This document shows positions 9,369 through 19,483 of a stretch of DNA of 64,000 bases, one piece after another. This DNA is from an uncultured Gemmatimonadales bacterium (GTDB taxonomy: Bacteria > Gemmatimonadota > Gemmatimonadetes > Longimicrobiales > RSA9): positions 115,899 through 179,898 of the forward strand of contig CAWCRS010000010.1 of assembly GCA_963798085.1 (NCBI GenBank), in the 5' to 3' direction. The position numbers and the translations under genes are program-made. A model generated the notes under the pieces. That model saw only the letters and a program-made list of their open reading frames with translations. It searched no databases and was not told the origin of the DNA. The first letter of the stretch is position 1, and the number at the start of each line of letters is the position of its first letter.

Positions 9369-12080
9369 ATGTCTGTCTCGTCGCGGGACGTGCAGCCGCC
9401 GCGCTTGATGCGCTGGCTGCTGGGCCGGCTGCTGCCCCGCCGGGAGCGTGCGAATCTGCTCGGCGAGCTGGCGGACCTCTACCGGCACCGGCAGCAACGC
9501 GAAGGTCGCACGCGCGCGCAACTCTGGTATGCCTGGCACACACTGGCGTTTCCGCTGCGGCTGCGTGTGGAAGCGCTGCTGGATGGGTTGCGGTCATCGG
9601 CCGGCCTCGTGGAATCGAGCGGCCGCGACCTGCGGCAGGGCGCGCGTCTGCTGCTGCGCCGTCCCGGCTATGCGCTGGCCAACATCGTCACGCTGGCCAT
9701 CGGGCTGGGTGGTCTGGCCACGGTCTACTGCGCCGCAAACTGGGTGTTATTGCGACCCGTGCCCGGCGTGCGGGCTGCCGGCTCGCTGGTCACGGTGCAG
9801 CTCGAGGTGAAATCGGAGGGCAGCCCGGCGTTTCCGGTTTCCGATCCGGATCTGCGCACGCTGGCGGAGCGCAGCCACGCGCTGAGCGGTCTGGTCGGAA
9901 GCTTCGAGGCGGATGTCAACGCCAGCCTCGCGGCCGGTGGCGAACCCCGCCGGCTGAGGGCCGCAGCCGTGAGCGCGGGCTGGTTTCAGCTGCTGGGTGT
10001 GCGCGCGGTGCTGGGCCGTGTCTTCGCCGAAGAGGGTCCGGATGCCGGCGCTGGCGTGGTGATCAGTCAACAGCTCTGGCGGGAGGCGTGGGCCGGCTCG
10101 CCGGGTGCGCTGGGCAGCACCATTCGCGTGAATGCGCGACCGTTCGTCGTGATCGGCGTCGCTCCCTCCGGCTTTCACGGCGCCGAGCTTCCGGGCGAGG
10201 TGCAGCTGTGGCTGTCAGGCGAAGCGCTGCCGGTCATTGATCCGGGCCTCAGGCGGGACGTTCTCGAGGACCGCGGTGTGGCGATCTGGACGGGACTCGT
10301 GGGCCGGCTGGCGGCCGGCGCCAGCGCGGACCAGATACCCGCGGAAGGCGCCGCGACCATGGCGGCAGTACGGGCTGCGTACCGGCGCCACTCGTACTAC
10401 GCGGATTATGTGTTGCGTGCCTACCCGGGTGTGGGCCTGTCACCCCGCCTGCGTCAACCGGTGCGGCGCACGCTGTCGCTGCTGGCCGGCGCCGCCGTAT
10501 TCCTGCTGCTGCTGGCGCTGGCGAATGTCACAAACCTGGCGTTAGTACACGGCGCGGCGCGTGCCGGCGATGCGGCCGTGCATGCCGCGCTGGGCGCCAG
10601 CCGCTGGCGTCTGGGGCGGCGCGTACTCGCCGAACAGCTGCTGCTGGGCCTGGCCGGTGGCGCGGGCGGTGTTCTGGTGGCTGGCGTCGTGACCCGCGGC
10701 TTCGGCCACGCCAGCCTGTCGGCGCTGGGCGCCTCGCTGGAAGGCATTCGCCTGGATGGGCGCGTGGTGACGTTCACCATGGCCGCCGCGCTCTCGAGCA
10801 CGCTGTTAGCGGGCGCCCTGCCGGCCGTGGCCGGCGGCGCCGGCCGGCTGCTGCCCGCGCTGAGCGGCCGGCGCCAGGGCCTGCGCCGCACGGGGCGGGT
10901 GCAGTCCGCGCTCGTCGTGTTGCAGGTCACGCTGTCTCTGCTGCTGGTCGTGGGCGCGGGCCTGCTGGTCCGCAGCGTGATCAGACTGCGCAATGCGGAC
11001 CCGGGCTTCGAGCCGGACCGTGCACTGGGCTTTTCCCTGGCGCCGGAGCTTCAGGGATACGACGCGGCGGGCCGGCGTGAGCTCATGGCGAGCGTGGAAG
11101 CCGGCCTCGCCGGCCAGCCCGGTGTGCTCGCGATGGGCTTCGTGGCGCCAGCGCCCATCCGACCGTACTACGTGACCATCGCCGTTTTCCCCAGCGAAGG
11201 CACGTGGGAAACGAGTCACATCATTGGCGCACAGTTGCAGGTCACGGCCGGCTTCCTGGCCGCGGCCGGTGCGCATCTGCTGGCGGGCCGTCAATTCGAG
11301 CCGGACGAAGACCGTCGTGTTGCCGCCGGCGAGGATCCGGTCGTCATCATTTCCCGGTCCGTGGCGAGGACCGCATGGCCGGGTCTCGCGCCGGCGGACG
11401 TGATCGGGCGCAAGCTTTCCCGACCGGACGGAAAGGCCGCGCCGATGCGCGTGGTCGGCGTGATCGACGACATGCGGCTGATGGGTGTGGCCGCCACGGT
11501 ACCGCCCGTGATCGTGTTGCCCTGGGAAGGCGGCATCGACAGCGAGGTGAACGGTTGGGTGCGCGTGCGCGGGCGGCCGCGTGATTTCGCTTCGCTCGTG
11601 CGCGGCGTCGTCAGCGGGCTGGATGCGGCGCTGCCCGTCTATCGTGTGCGTGGTGTGCGGGCGGATCTCGACGATCTCGTCATCGAGCAGCGCGTCGTGA
11701 CCTGGCTCGCGGTTGGCCTGGCGCTGGTTGGATTGTTCCTCGCCGGTGTCGGGCTGCACGGCGTACTCGGCTACGCGGTCACGCAACGCCGCCGCGAGAT
11801 CGGTGTGCGCGCCGCGCTCGGTGCCGGAACGGGACGGATCATGGGCCGCCTGATCCGCGATGGCCTGGTGTTGAGCGGTTGCGGTATTGTTCTCGGCGGC
11901 GCCGGCGCCCTCGCGCTCACGCGCGTACTCGCAGCTCGCCTCTTCCAGATCACGCCGCTGGATCCGCTCGCCTGGGCCGCAGGCATGGCGCTGCTCACGC
12001 TGATGACGGTGCTTGCCGTCTGGGCACCCGTACGCCGCTCGCTCCGCATCTCGCCGCGCGAAGCGCTGTCCGCGGAGTGA
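9369..12080 (+). CDS. ADOP-type duplicated MacB/FtsX ABC permease
   Basis: Two MacB_PCD+FtsX halves (AALGASRWRL; RRREIGVRAALGAG) and N-terminal PPRLMRWLL prefix. Follows PadR; no ATPase adjacent. Confidence 0.88.
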   Translation: MSVSSRDVQPPRLMRWLLGRLLPRRERANLLGELADLYRHRQQREGRTRAQLWYAWHTLAFPLRLRVEALLDGLRSSAGLVESSGRDLRQGARLLLRRPGYALANIVTLAIGLGGLATVYCAANWVLLRPVPGVRAAGSLVTVQLEVKSEGSPAFPVSDPDLRTLAERSHALSGLVGSFEADVNASLAAGGEPRRLRAAAVSAGWFQLLGVRAVLGRVFAEEGPDAGAGVVISQQLWREAWAGSPGALGSTIRVNARPFVVIGVAPSGFHGAELPGEVQLWLSGEALPVIDPGLRRDVLEDRGVAIWTGLVGRLAAGASADQIPAEGAATMAAVRAAYRRHSYYADYVLRAYPGVGLSPRLRQPVRRTLSLLAGAAVFLLLLALANVTNLALVHGAARAGDAAVHAALGASRWRLGRRVLAEQLLLGLAGGAGGVLVAGVVTRGFGHASLSALGASLEGIRLDGRVVTFTMAAALSSTLLAGALPAVAGGAGRLLPALSGRRQGLRRTGRVQSALVVLQVTLSLLLVVGAGLLVRSVIRLRNADPGFEPDRALGFSLAPELQGYDAAGRRELMASVEAGLAGQPGVLAMGFVAPAPIRPYYVTIAVFPSEGTWETSHIIGAQLQVTAGFLAAAGAHLLAGRQFEPDEDRRVAAGEDPVVIISRSVARTAWPGLAPADVIGRKLSRPDGKAAPMRVVGVIDDMRLMGVAATVPPVIVLPWEGGIDSEVNGWVRVRGRPRDFASLVRGVVSGLDAALPVYRVRGVRADLDDLVIEQRVVTWLAVGLALVGLFLAGVGLHGVLGYAVTQRRREIGVRAALGAGTGRIMGRLIRDGLVLSGCGIVLGGAGALALTRVLAARLFQITPLDPLAWAAGMALLTLMTVLAVWAPVRRSLRISPREALSAE

Positions 12081-12081
12081 A

Positions 12082-12140
12082 TCGGGCTTGCGCTTGGGCT
12101 GGGGCTTGGGGGAACGGCGGCTGCGGATTGCTGACTGCGC
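12082..12140 (-). repeat. Dispersed intergenic repeat, one copy
   Basis: Reverse complement GCGCAGTCAGCAATCCGCAGCCGCCGTTCCCCCAAGCCCCAGCCCAAGC resembles the units at 23153-23312. Confidence 0.55.
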
Positions 12141-12181
12141 CCTGCACAGTGACGCCGCCCCGTCGATGAACGACGGGACTG

Positions 12182-13777
12182 CTACCGCCCCGCGGCCTTC
12201 CCGGGCCAGCGTGGGTCCGGCAGCCCGGTGACCCCGCCGGTGCGGGGGTTCACCTCGATCGCGTTGAGGCGGGCGAAGTAGCTCGCAGCGGAGCGCGGGA
12301 CGACGGTCCAGCCGAGCGCGCGCAGTCCGTCCTCCACCCGCTCGCTCCACGCCGCGCCCGGGCGACGCTCGAGCACGATTGTGTTTTCCGAGACATGGAA
12401 GCGCGGCGCGGCCAGTGCAGCACCTAGCGGCTCGCCGTCCATCGCGTGGGACAGTGTCTCGACCAGACCGGAGATGATGCGCCGCGCGCCGGCGCCGCCG
12501 ATCACATAGCGCACTGTTAGTCCCTGCAGGACGATCATTGGCGACTCGGAGGACCAGGGCCGCTCGCCGGGGTGAAGGTCTCCGAGGTAACCCATGGTGG
12601 CCGCGTAGACGAAGCCGAGTCCTGGTGTGGCCACGCGCGAGCCGAGGATCGGTCCGACCGACTGCGTCAGCGCCACGGCCATGCGGCGGCGGTCCACAAC
12701 CGAGACATGCGTCGTGAATGGCGGTTCGCCGTCGTCGCGGGCGCCCGCGGGTACCCGCCCGGTGCGGATGCCGACGGCGCGCTGCTCCGCCAGGGCCGCC
12801 GATGTGAGCCAGGCCGCGTGCTCTTCGGCGCTGCCATGCTGGGCTTCGCGATCATCGAATGCGGCGGAAAGTGCCCGCGCCACCCCGTCGACCCACCGCA
12901 CCGAATCCGTGTCCTCGAGCTTCAGCCGCTCGACGATCTGCAATGCCTCAATGGTCGTCGCGCCGGACGCAGGGAGATAGGTGCCGATCAGGTCGAAGCC
13001 GCGGTAGCGGCCGCGCGCGATGATCGACTCGGTGGGCGCGTACGACGCGAGGTCGGTGGCGCGCAGCCAGCCGCCGTGCGCGCGCATATCCGCGTCGATC
13101 GCCGCGGCGATCCTGCCGCGATAGAACGCGTCGACTCCACCTTCGGCGATCGTGCGCAGTGTGGCGGCGAGCGCGGGCTGACGGAATCGTTCTCCCGCCG
13201 CCCAGGGCGTGCCGTCCGGCTTCAGGAATGCCGCGGCTGATCCCGCGAACTCGCGCAGCCGCGCAGCTTCGTCGGCGATCCTCACGGCTTCCGGCGCGGG
13301 CAGCGCAAAGCCTTCCTCGGCAAGCCGGATCGCCGGCGCGAGCACGCGTGCGAGCGGCCAGGAGCCGCGTCGCTCGAGCGCCGCCGCCAGCACCGCGACC
13401 GTGCCGGGAATCCCGATCGTGACGTACCCGTACGCGTCTTCGTCGCTCACGCCGCCCGGATAGGCGAGGGGCACCTCGGTGGTGCCGTCCAGCCCGACAA
13501 CGTCGCCTGTGGGCGTGCGCATCAGGATCTGCGAGCGGCCGCCGATCCCGGACATGGTCGGCTCTACGACCGCGAGCGTGAACGCGGTGGCGACCGCGGC
13601 ATCCACGGCGTTCCCGCCCTCCGCGAGCACACGCGCCCCGACGTCGCTCGCGAGCGGCGCGCCGCTGACGACCACGCCGGCGTCGTTCCGCCCGGCCGGC
13701 GTTGCGGGCGGCGGCGAGGGGGTGCAGGCGCCGAGCAGCAAACCCGCGAGCGCGACACTGCCGACGACGGGCCTCAA
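12182..13777 (-). CDS. ggt: Gamma-glutamyltransferase family lipoprotein
   Basis: GGNAVDAAVATAFTLAVVEPTMSGIGG motif, autocleavage Thr in FTTHVSVVD, lipobox LLLGAC. Confidence 0.9.
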   Translation of the reverse strand: MRPVVGSVALAGLLLGACTPSPPPATPAGRNDAGVVVSGAPLASDVGARVLAEGGNAVDAAVATAFTLAVVEPTMSGIGGRSQILMRTPTGDVVGLDGTTEVPLAYPGGVSDEDAYGYVTIGIPGTVAVLAAALERRGSWPLARVLAPAIRLAEEGFALPAPEAVRIADEAARLREFAGSAAAFLKPDGTPWAAGERFRQPALAATLRTIAEGGVDAFYRGRIAAAIDADMRAHGGWLRATDLASYAPTESIIARGRYRGFDLIGTYLPASGATTIEALQIVERLKLEDTDSVRWVDGVARALSAAFDDREAQHGSAEEHAAWLTSAALAEQRAVGIRTGRVPAGARDDGEPPFTTHVSVVDRRRMAVALTQSVGPILGSRVATPGLGFVYAATMGYLGDLHPGERPWSSESPMIVLQGLTVRYVIGGAGARRIISGLVETLSHAMDGEPLGAALAAPRFHVSENTIVLERRPGAAWSERVEDGLRALGWTVVPRSAASYFARLNAIEVNPRTGGVTGLPDPRWPGKAAGR

Positions 13778-16050
13778 GGCGACGCCGCCTCCTGCGTCAG
13801 CGTGGCGCGCAGATCCACGGCCACGGCGCGATCGGAGCAGGCAAACACAGGGTTAGACTCGATGTCGGCGATTTCGGGCTCCGCCATCAGGCACGCGCCG
13901 AGCGCGAGCGCGAGGTCCGCGATCGCGTCGAGGTCCGCGGGCGCGCCGGCGCGCGGAGACGTCAAGAGAGATGAAGCGCGCAGCTCCGCCAGCGCGGAGC
14001 GCACGTCGTCGCGGGTCGCCGGCAGCAGCCGGAGCACGACGTCGCCGATCGCTTCCACCGCGATGCCGCCGATCCCCAGCGCGAGCAGCGGCCCGAACGA
14101 CGGGTCACGGCGGGCGCCGACGATCAGCTCAACGACGGGAGGCGGCAGCATCGGCGAGACGAGCACGCCTTCGAATCCGGCCCGGGTCCCCCGCCCTGCT
14201 GCCCACAGCTCCACCGCGTCGCGCACCTCGGCGAAAACGCGAGCCGCATTGGCGGCGGCCACGCGCAGCCGCACGCCGCCGGCTTCCGTCTTGTGCAACA
14301 CGCCTGATGCGACGACGCGCACCGCCACTTCGCCGCCCAGCTGCGCTGCCGCCGTCTCGGCGTCTTCCGCGCTCGCGCAGAAGCGCGCGTCAACGAGTGG
14401 AACGCCGTGGCGCATGGCGAGCGCGCGGGCTTCCGTCTCGAGAAGCGCCGTCCTTCCCGCCGCTCGCGCGTGCGCGATCCCATCATCCGAAACGTCCTCG
14501 GACCGGGCGCCTGGAACCGGTAGCGGCGCGAGGGCCGGGCGCGCGAGCGCGCGCCCCCTCGTCGCAAGCGCGGCGACCGCTGCGCACGCGGCTTCGAGCG
14601 AGCCGGCGACCGGCACTTCCGCGCGCCGCAGCTCCCGCAGCGCCGCCGACTCCGAAGCGTGGTAGAGCGTGTGCACGACGAGCGCACGGCCGCTCCCGCG
14701 GGCCGCCGCGGCCATCGCCTTCGCCGCCTCGATCTCCGCCGCTTCGAGCGATGGCGCGAAGCGGATCGCGTAGCCGCCGAACAGACCGACGAGCAGCACG
14801 CCGCCCACGCCCGGATCCGCGACGAGCGTGCGCAGCGCGTCGGCGAAGAGCGCGGGATTGCGGTCCGTCGCGCCCGCGACATCCACGGGGTTGTGCACTG
14901 CGGCGGCAGGGCCGAGCAGCGCGCGCAGCCGTTCGCTCGTTTTCGGAGCGAGCCGCGCGAGTGGCGCGCCCACCGTGGCGAATGCGTCCGCCGCGAGCGT
15001 GGCGTGACCGCCGCCGTCGGAGAGAATGGCGATGTCGCCGGTGAACGCGGGCTGCCATGCAAGCGCGGTGGCGACTGCGCGCAGTTCGTCCGTGCGCGCC
15101 ATCTCGATGACGCCCGCCGCGCACAGCGCGGCCTTCATCACGGCGGCACCGGAGGCGAGCGCGCCCGTGTGTGAGCGAGCGGCGCGCGAGCCGGCCGCGG
15201 AGCGCCCGCCGGCGAGCAGCGCCACCGGCTTCACGCGCGCGGCGCGCGCCGCGGCTTCGACGAACGCGCGTCCGTGTTCGAAGGATTCGCCGTACATGAT
15301 GATGGCGCGGACGTGCGCGTCCGTCCGCAGGTCATCGAGCACATCGTGCCAGCGGATGTCCGCCATGTTTCCGAGCCCGACGCACGCGGCGAAGCCCTCG
15401 CCGCCGTCGCGTGCGGCGGCGCTGATCTGTTCTAACAGTATATTACCGGACTGCACGACCAGCGCCAGGCCGCCCGCGGGCACGTCGCGCATGCCGATGA
15501 GATTGAGTCCGAGCGGCAGGTACAGCAGCCCGGAGGTGTTGGGACCGAGCACGCGGATGTCGCAGCGCGCGGCCACGGCCCGTACGCGCGCCTCCAGCTC
15601 CGCGCCCTCGCCGCCGGACTCCCGGAACCCGAGCGCGAGAACCACGGCCGCGCGCACGCCGCGACCCGCGCACTCCGCCAGGATCCCGGGCGCCGACGCG
15701 GCCGGCGTGCACAGCACTGCGAGGTCGGTCGCTTCGGGAATCTCGGCGATGGTGCGCAGCACCGGCAGCCCGAGGATCTCGCCGCCACGTGGGTTGACGG
15801 GGTGGATGCGCCCGGGATACCCCGCCTCCTGCAGCGCGCGAATGATCTGGTAGCCGCGCTTCGCCGGATCCGGGGAGGCGCCGATGATCGCTAGCGCGCG
15901 CGGCCGCAGCAGCGCGTCGAGGCCTTGTCCGCCGGCAGCCGCGTTCGGGACCGCTTCCGGACGTGCGCGGCCGGTCGCCTCTGCGTTACCCGCGTTCACG
16001 GCGCCCGCGGCCGCCTCAGCGGCCGGTGTAGCGCGGCTCTCGCTTCTCAT
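13774..16050 (-). CDS. ADP-forming acyl-CoA synthetase (acetate--CoA ligase family, fused alpha/beta)
   Basis: AIIGASPDPAKRG CoA-binding motif, GPNTSG, SHTGALA phospho-His, NPVDV, HKTEAGGV ATP-grasp. True start may be slightly downstream. Confidence 0.9.
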   Translation of the reverse strand: MRSESRATPAAEAAAGAVNAGNAEATGRARPEAVPNAAAGGQGLDALLRPRALAIIGASPDPAKRGYQIIRALQEAGYPGRIHPVNPRGGEILGLPVLRTIAEIPEATDLAVLCTPAASAPGILAECAGRGVRAAVVLALGFRESGGEGAELEARVRAVAARCDIRVLGPNTSGLLYLPLGLNLIGMRDVPAGGLALVVQSGNILLEQISAAARDGGEGFAACVGLGNMADIRWHDVLDDLRTDAHVRAIIMYGESFEHGRAFVEAAARAARVKPVALLAGGRSAAGSRAARSHTGALASGAAVMKAALCAAGVIEMARTDELRAVATALAWQPAFTGDIAILSDGGGHATLAADAFATVGAPLARLAPKTSERLRALLGPAAAVHNPVDVAGATDRNPALFADALRTLVADPGVGGVLLVGLFGGYAIRFAPSLEAAEIEAAKAMAAAARGSGRALVVHTLYHASESAALRELRRAEVPVAGSLEAACAAVAALATRGRALARPALAPLPVPGARSEDVSDDGIAHARAAGRTALLETEARALAMRHGVPLVDARFCASAEDAETAAAQLGGEVAVRVVASGVLHKTEAGGVRLRVAAANAARVFAEVRDAVELWAAGRGTRAGFEGVLVSPMLPPPVVELIVGARRDPSFGPLLALGIGGIAVEAIGDVVLRLLPATRDDVRSALAELRASSLLTSPRAGAPADLDAIADLALALGACLMAEPEIADIESNPVFACSDRAVAVDLRATLTQEAASP

Positions 16051-16846
16051 GGAACGCGCGGATGCCTTCCTTCCAGTCCTCCGTGCCCATGATCGCGTCG
16101 AGCGCGAGCGCTTCGCGGCGCAGCACCTCGGCGCGTTGCATGAAGGGAGCCCGTGCTAACAGCCGTTTTGCAAGGCGAACCGACGCGGGCGCCAGCGACG
16201 CGACGCGCTCCGCCCATTCCAGCGCGGCACCCAGCACCTGCTCCGCCGGCAACGAGAGGTTGGCGAGGCCCATGGCGGCCGCGTCGTCGCCACCGATGAA
16301 GTCTGCAAGCAGCAGCAGCTCGCGCGCTTTCGCGAAGCCGACGCGCCGCTCCAGCGTGTACGTGACGCCGCCGCCCACGAACGTGCCCAGCGCGAGCTCC
16401 GGGAAGCGCAGCTTTGCTTCGCTGGCGACCACGATCAGGTCGCAGGAGAGCGCGAGCTCGAGGCCGCCGCCGATCGCGTGGCCGTTGACTGCGGCGATCA
16501 CAGGCTTCGCGCACGTCTGGATGCGTGCGTTCGCGCGCTGCGCCGCGCGGATGTAGGCGCGCCGCTCCGCGCGCGCAGGATCCCCGCCCGCGTGCGCCTT
16601 CAGGTCCGCGCCCACACAGAAGGCGCGGCCGGCACCCGCGAGTACCGCGGCACGCAGACTGTCGTCTCGCTCGAGATCGTCGAGCGCGCCCAGCAGCGCG
16701 CGATAGAGCGGCAGGCTCACTGCGTTGAGGCGGTGGGGCCGGTTGAGCGTGAGCAGCAGCACCGCGCCGCGGCGCTCGACCAGCACCGGCGCAGCGCCCT
16801 CTCCGCTCTGCGCTGATAACTCTCTGTTACTCTCGGCCTCGCTCAT
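16016..16846 (-). CDS. Enoyl-CoA hydratase/isomerase (crotonase) family protein
   Basis: ATG 16846; LTLNRPHRLNA, AFCVGADL, AAVNGHAIGGGLELALSCD. Confidence 0.9.
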   Translation of the reverse strand: MSEAESNRELSAQSGEGAAPVLVERRGAVLLLTLNRPHRLNAVSLPLYRALLGALDDLERDDSLRAAVLAGAGRAFCVGADLKAHAGGDPARAERRAYIRAAQRANARIQTCAKPVIAAVNGHAIGGGLELALSCDLIVVASEAKLRFPELALGTFVGGGVTYTLERRVGFAKARELLLLADFIGGDDAAAMGLANLSLPAEQVLGAALEWAERVASLAPASVRLAKRLLARAPFMQRAEVLRREALALDAIMGTEDWKEGIRAFHEKREPRYTGR

Positions 16847-18447
16847 CGCGGCGTCGCGCGTGCGGGCGCCGAACGGGTGCCGCCTGCGCGCGGAATCGGC
16901 TGGCCGGCCAGAATGCCGGTCGCCTTGCCGTCTCGCACCGCGAACTTCCCGTTGACCAGGATGTGCACCATGCCCTCGGAGAAGTGGTGCGGATCCTCGT
17001 ACGTGGCCACGTCGCGCAGCCGGGACCAGTCGATCACCAGGATGTCGGCGTAGAAGCCGGGTCGGATCAGGCCTCGCCCGGGCAGGTTGAAGAACTCCGT
17101 CGCCAGCGACGTCATGCCGCGGATCGCGAAGGGCAGCGAAATGACCGCATCCTGCTTCACGAACAGCCGCAGTTTCTGCGGGAACGCGCCATAGGCGCGC
17201 GGGTGCGTGATGCCACCCTTCGGGTCGGGCGTACGCCCGTCCGTGCACGTCATCATCCACTCGCGCGTAGCCAGAAAGCGCGTGTTAGCCGCGTCGTAGA
17301 GGTCGCGGTTCATCACCGCCGCGTTGCCTTCGCTCAGCAGCGTCTGGACGACTTTCGGGACGGACTGCTCGCGCTCCGCCGCGACCTGCGCCAGCGTCTT
17401 GCCGTTCAGGTCGGGCCGCGGGTCGACGAACTGGATCTTCTCCGCACCGCCGCGCATCTGCAGCATTTCCATCGTCTGCCTGTAGATGCTGTCGCGGAGT
17501 ACCGCATCCGCGTAGCGCGCGCGAATCGAGTCGCTGCCGCCGCTCAATGCCCAGCGCGGCAGCGTGTACGCCATCAGGTTGCTCTGCGTCGCGGTGTACG
17601 GGTGCTGCGCCGCCATCACGTTCACGCCGCGCGCGCGCGCCGAGTCGATCAGCGCCGCGCCCTCCGGCGCGCGCCCGTAGTTCTGCACGCCCTGCGCGTT
17701 GAAGTGGCTGAAGATCACGGGGGTGCCGGCGCGCTCGCCGATCGCGATCGCCTCGCGGATCGAGTTCAGGTAACCGAACGACGGGTAGAGCGCTCCGAGG
17801 TCGCGGTCGTGCGTGTCGTAGATGCCACCGTACTCGGCCGCCACGCGGTTCAGTGCGACGACCTCGTCGGTGGACGTATAGAACTGCGGCACGTAGAACA
17901 GCCCGGTCGACAGACCGATCGCGCCCGCCTCCATCCCCTTGCGCACGTACGCCTTCATGCGGTCCAGCTCGGACGGCGTCGGGTGCCGGGCCTGGCGGCC
18001 GAGGACGGACTCGCGTGCGGGACCCAGCCCCACGTATGTGGCCGCGTTGATCGCCATGCCCTGGCGGCGCCAGCGCGCGAACGTGGCGGTAATGTCGTTC
18101 GTGCCGTCGCCGTCCACGCCCACGATCACGGTCGTGATCCCCTGATAGAGCTGCGGCAGCGCCTGGCGGCCGTACTCCGAGTCGAGGTCCGCGTGGCTGT
18201 GTGCGTCGATGAAGCCCGGCGTCACGAGCAGCCCGGTCGCGTCTACCGTGTCCCTGGCAACGACGCCCGCCGCATGCGCGTTCCCGACGAAGACGATCCG
18301 GTCCCCCGTCACGCCCACGTCTGCCGGGATCCACGGGTTGCCGCCGCCATCGATCACATGGCCATTGGCGATGAGGATGTCGACACGGGTCTGGGCGTGC
18401 AGTGGCGCCGCCAGCAGGACAAAAGCGAGGAGGTGTGGTCGGCGCAT
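16843..18447 (-). CDS. Exported N-acyl-D-amino-acid deacylase-like amidohydrolase
   Basis: ATG 18447 with signal peptide; PGFIDAHSH, GLSTGLFY, HPRAYGAFP, GLIRPGFYAD. Confidence 0.88.
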   Translation of the reverse strand: MRRPHLLAFVLLAAPLHAQTRVDILIANGHVIDGGGNPWIPADVGVTGDRIVFVGNAHAAGVVARDTVDATGLLVTPGFIDAHSHADLDSEYGRQALPQLYQGITTVIVGVDGDGTNDITATFARWRRQGMAINAATYVGLGPARESVLGRQARHPTPSELDRMKAYVRKGMEAGAIGLSTGLFYVPQFYTSTDEVVALNRVAAEYGGIYDTHDRDLGALYPSFGYLNSIREAIAIGERAGTPVIFSHFNAQGVQNYGRAPEGAALIDSARARGVNVMAAQHPYTATQSNLMAYTLPRWALSGGSDSIRARYADAVLRDSIYRQTMEMLQMRGGAEKIQFVDPRPDLNGKTLAQVAAEREQSVPKVVQTLLSEGNAAVMNRDLYDAANTRFLATREWMMTCTDGRTPDPKGGITHPRAYGAFPQKLRLFVKQDAVISLPFAIRGMTSLATEFFNLPGRGLIRPGFYADILVIDWSRLRDVATYEDPHHFSEGMVHILVNGKFAVRDGKATGILAGQPIPRAGGTRSAPARATPR

Positions 18448-18646
18448 TCGACGGCTCCGCTTCGGTGAGCGCGCCAAGATAGGCGCACGTGCCCGCGACG
18501 CGACAGCCCTTGATGCTTGTGGTGACCGCTCCGCGCACGTTCGCGGGGTCGGACTGAATTCGATCTGCAAGCACTGCGACCGGCTCTTCGAGATCACGCC
18601 GACCGGCCCGGTCGCACCGAATGGGACACGGTCTGCGCCATCGCGC

Positions 18647-18992
18647 TCATGGCAGCAGGTACGCGATCTGGCGTGCGGTCACGGGCCGAGCTGGAGCAGG
18701 CAGCGCAGCGCGGCGCGGTGCGCGGCAGGTTCGGATGCGAACGACGCGTAGAGCGCCGTCACGAGGTCGCGCCAGCGAAGCAGCTCGCGGCGAAACGAAC
18801 GACAATGGTGCTGAACCTCGACGCTCAGGTTTACGAGCCGAGCACACGCTCGCAGCTTGACCGAAGCGACGCTCTGCGCGTCGTGTCCAGAAGCGCGGAT
18901 CCGCGCTGCATCTCGTTGGCGATCATCAGGATCTGCTGATCGAGATCGAAGGCGGCCCAGCGCTCGGCCGTGAGCCCGGCATGCTGCGTCAT
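18647..18992 (-). CDS. Small helical hypothetical protein (frameshifted)
   Basis: MTQHAGLTAERWAAFDLDQQILMIANEMQRG... continues after a shift as LVNLSVEVQ..FRRELLRWRDLVTALY..AALRCLLQL and ends RQIAYLLP*. Confidence 0.5.
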
Positions 18993-18993
18993 G

Positions 18994-19184
18994 TCATGCC
19001 TCGCCCTGGCCGATCCGCTCATGCACCAGTCCCCGGATCGCGTGCCGCAAGGCCTCGTCAATGAAGTAGCGATCGACGAGTGCCCGTAGCCCCATCACGA
19101 TCGATCCGTCCCTTGAACGAGAGCGATTCCCGGAATTTCGTCGCCCACGATTTTCTCCCGATATGCATGCGGGTCAGGCCGCAT
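18994..19184 (-). CDS. Small hypothetical protein or gene remnant (frameshifted)
   Basis: Removing one G near 19145 gives MRPDPHAYREKIVATKFRESLSFKGRIDRDGLRALVDRYFIDEALRHAIRGLVHERIGQGEA*. Its stop is 1 nt before the next ATG. Confidence 0.35.
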
Positions 19185-19483
19185 CTCGAGCGGCAATCCA
19201 ATGGAGGATACAGCCGGGAGCCGGGGCTCACGAGCCGCGCCGGTCCTGTCGCCAGGTCCTGACCGGCGCTTCACCTCCACGAGCCCTCCTTTGCCCTGGG
19301 CGAGATCGGCCGCCGCGCGACTCAGCACGCGGGATCCGGCAACCGGTGCTGGCCGGCGCGCGAACGCCCGGTCCGAATCCCGCCTCCGTTGCCACGAACC
19401 GTCCGGCTGCCGGCGAGTGGCCTCGCGCGCGCACAGCCCCGCCCCTACATTGCCCGCGTGTTCTCTGACTTCCGGAGGGTGGA

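Noticed and set aside
19200..19480. Possible riboswitch or ncRNA upstream of the peroxiredoxin
   Set aside because: GC-rich, with no conserved motif that I could recognise; an Rfam scan would be needed.
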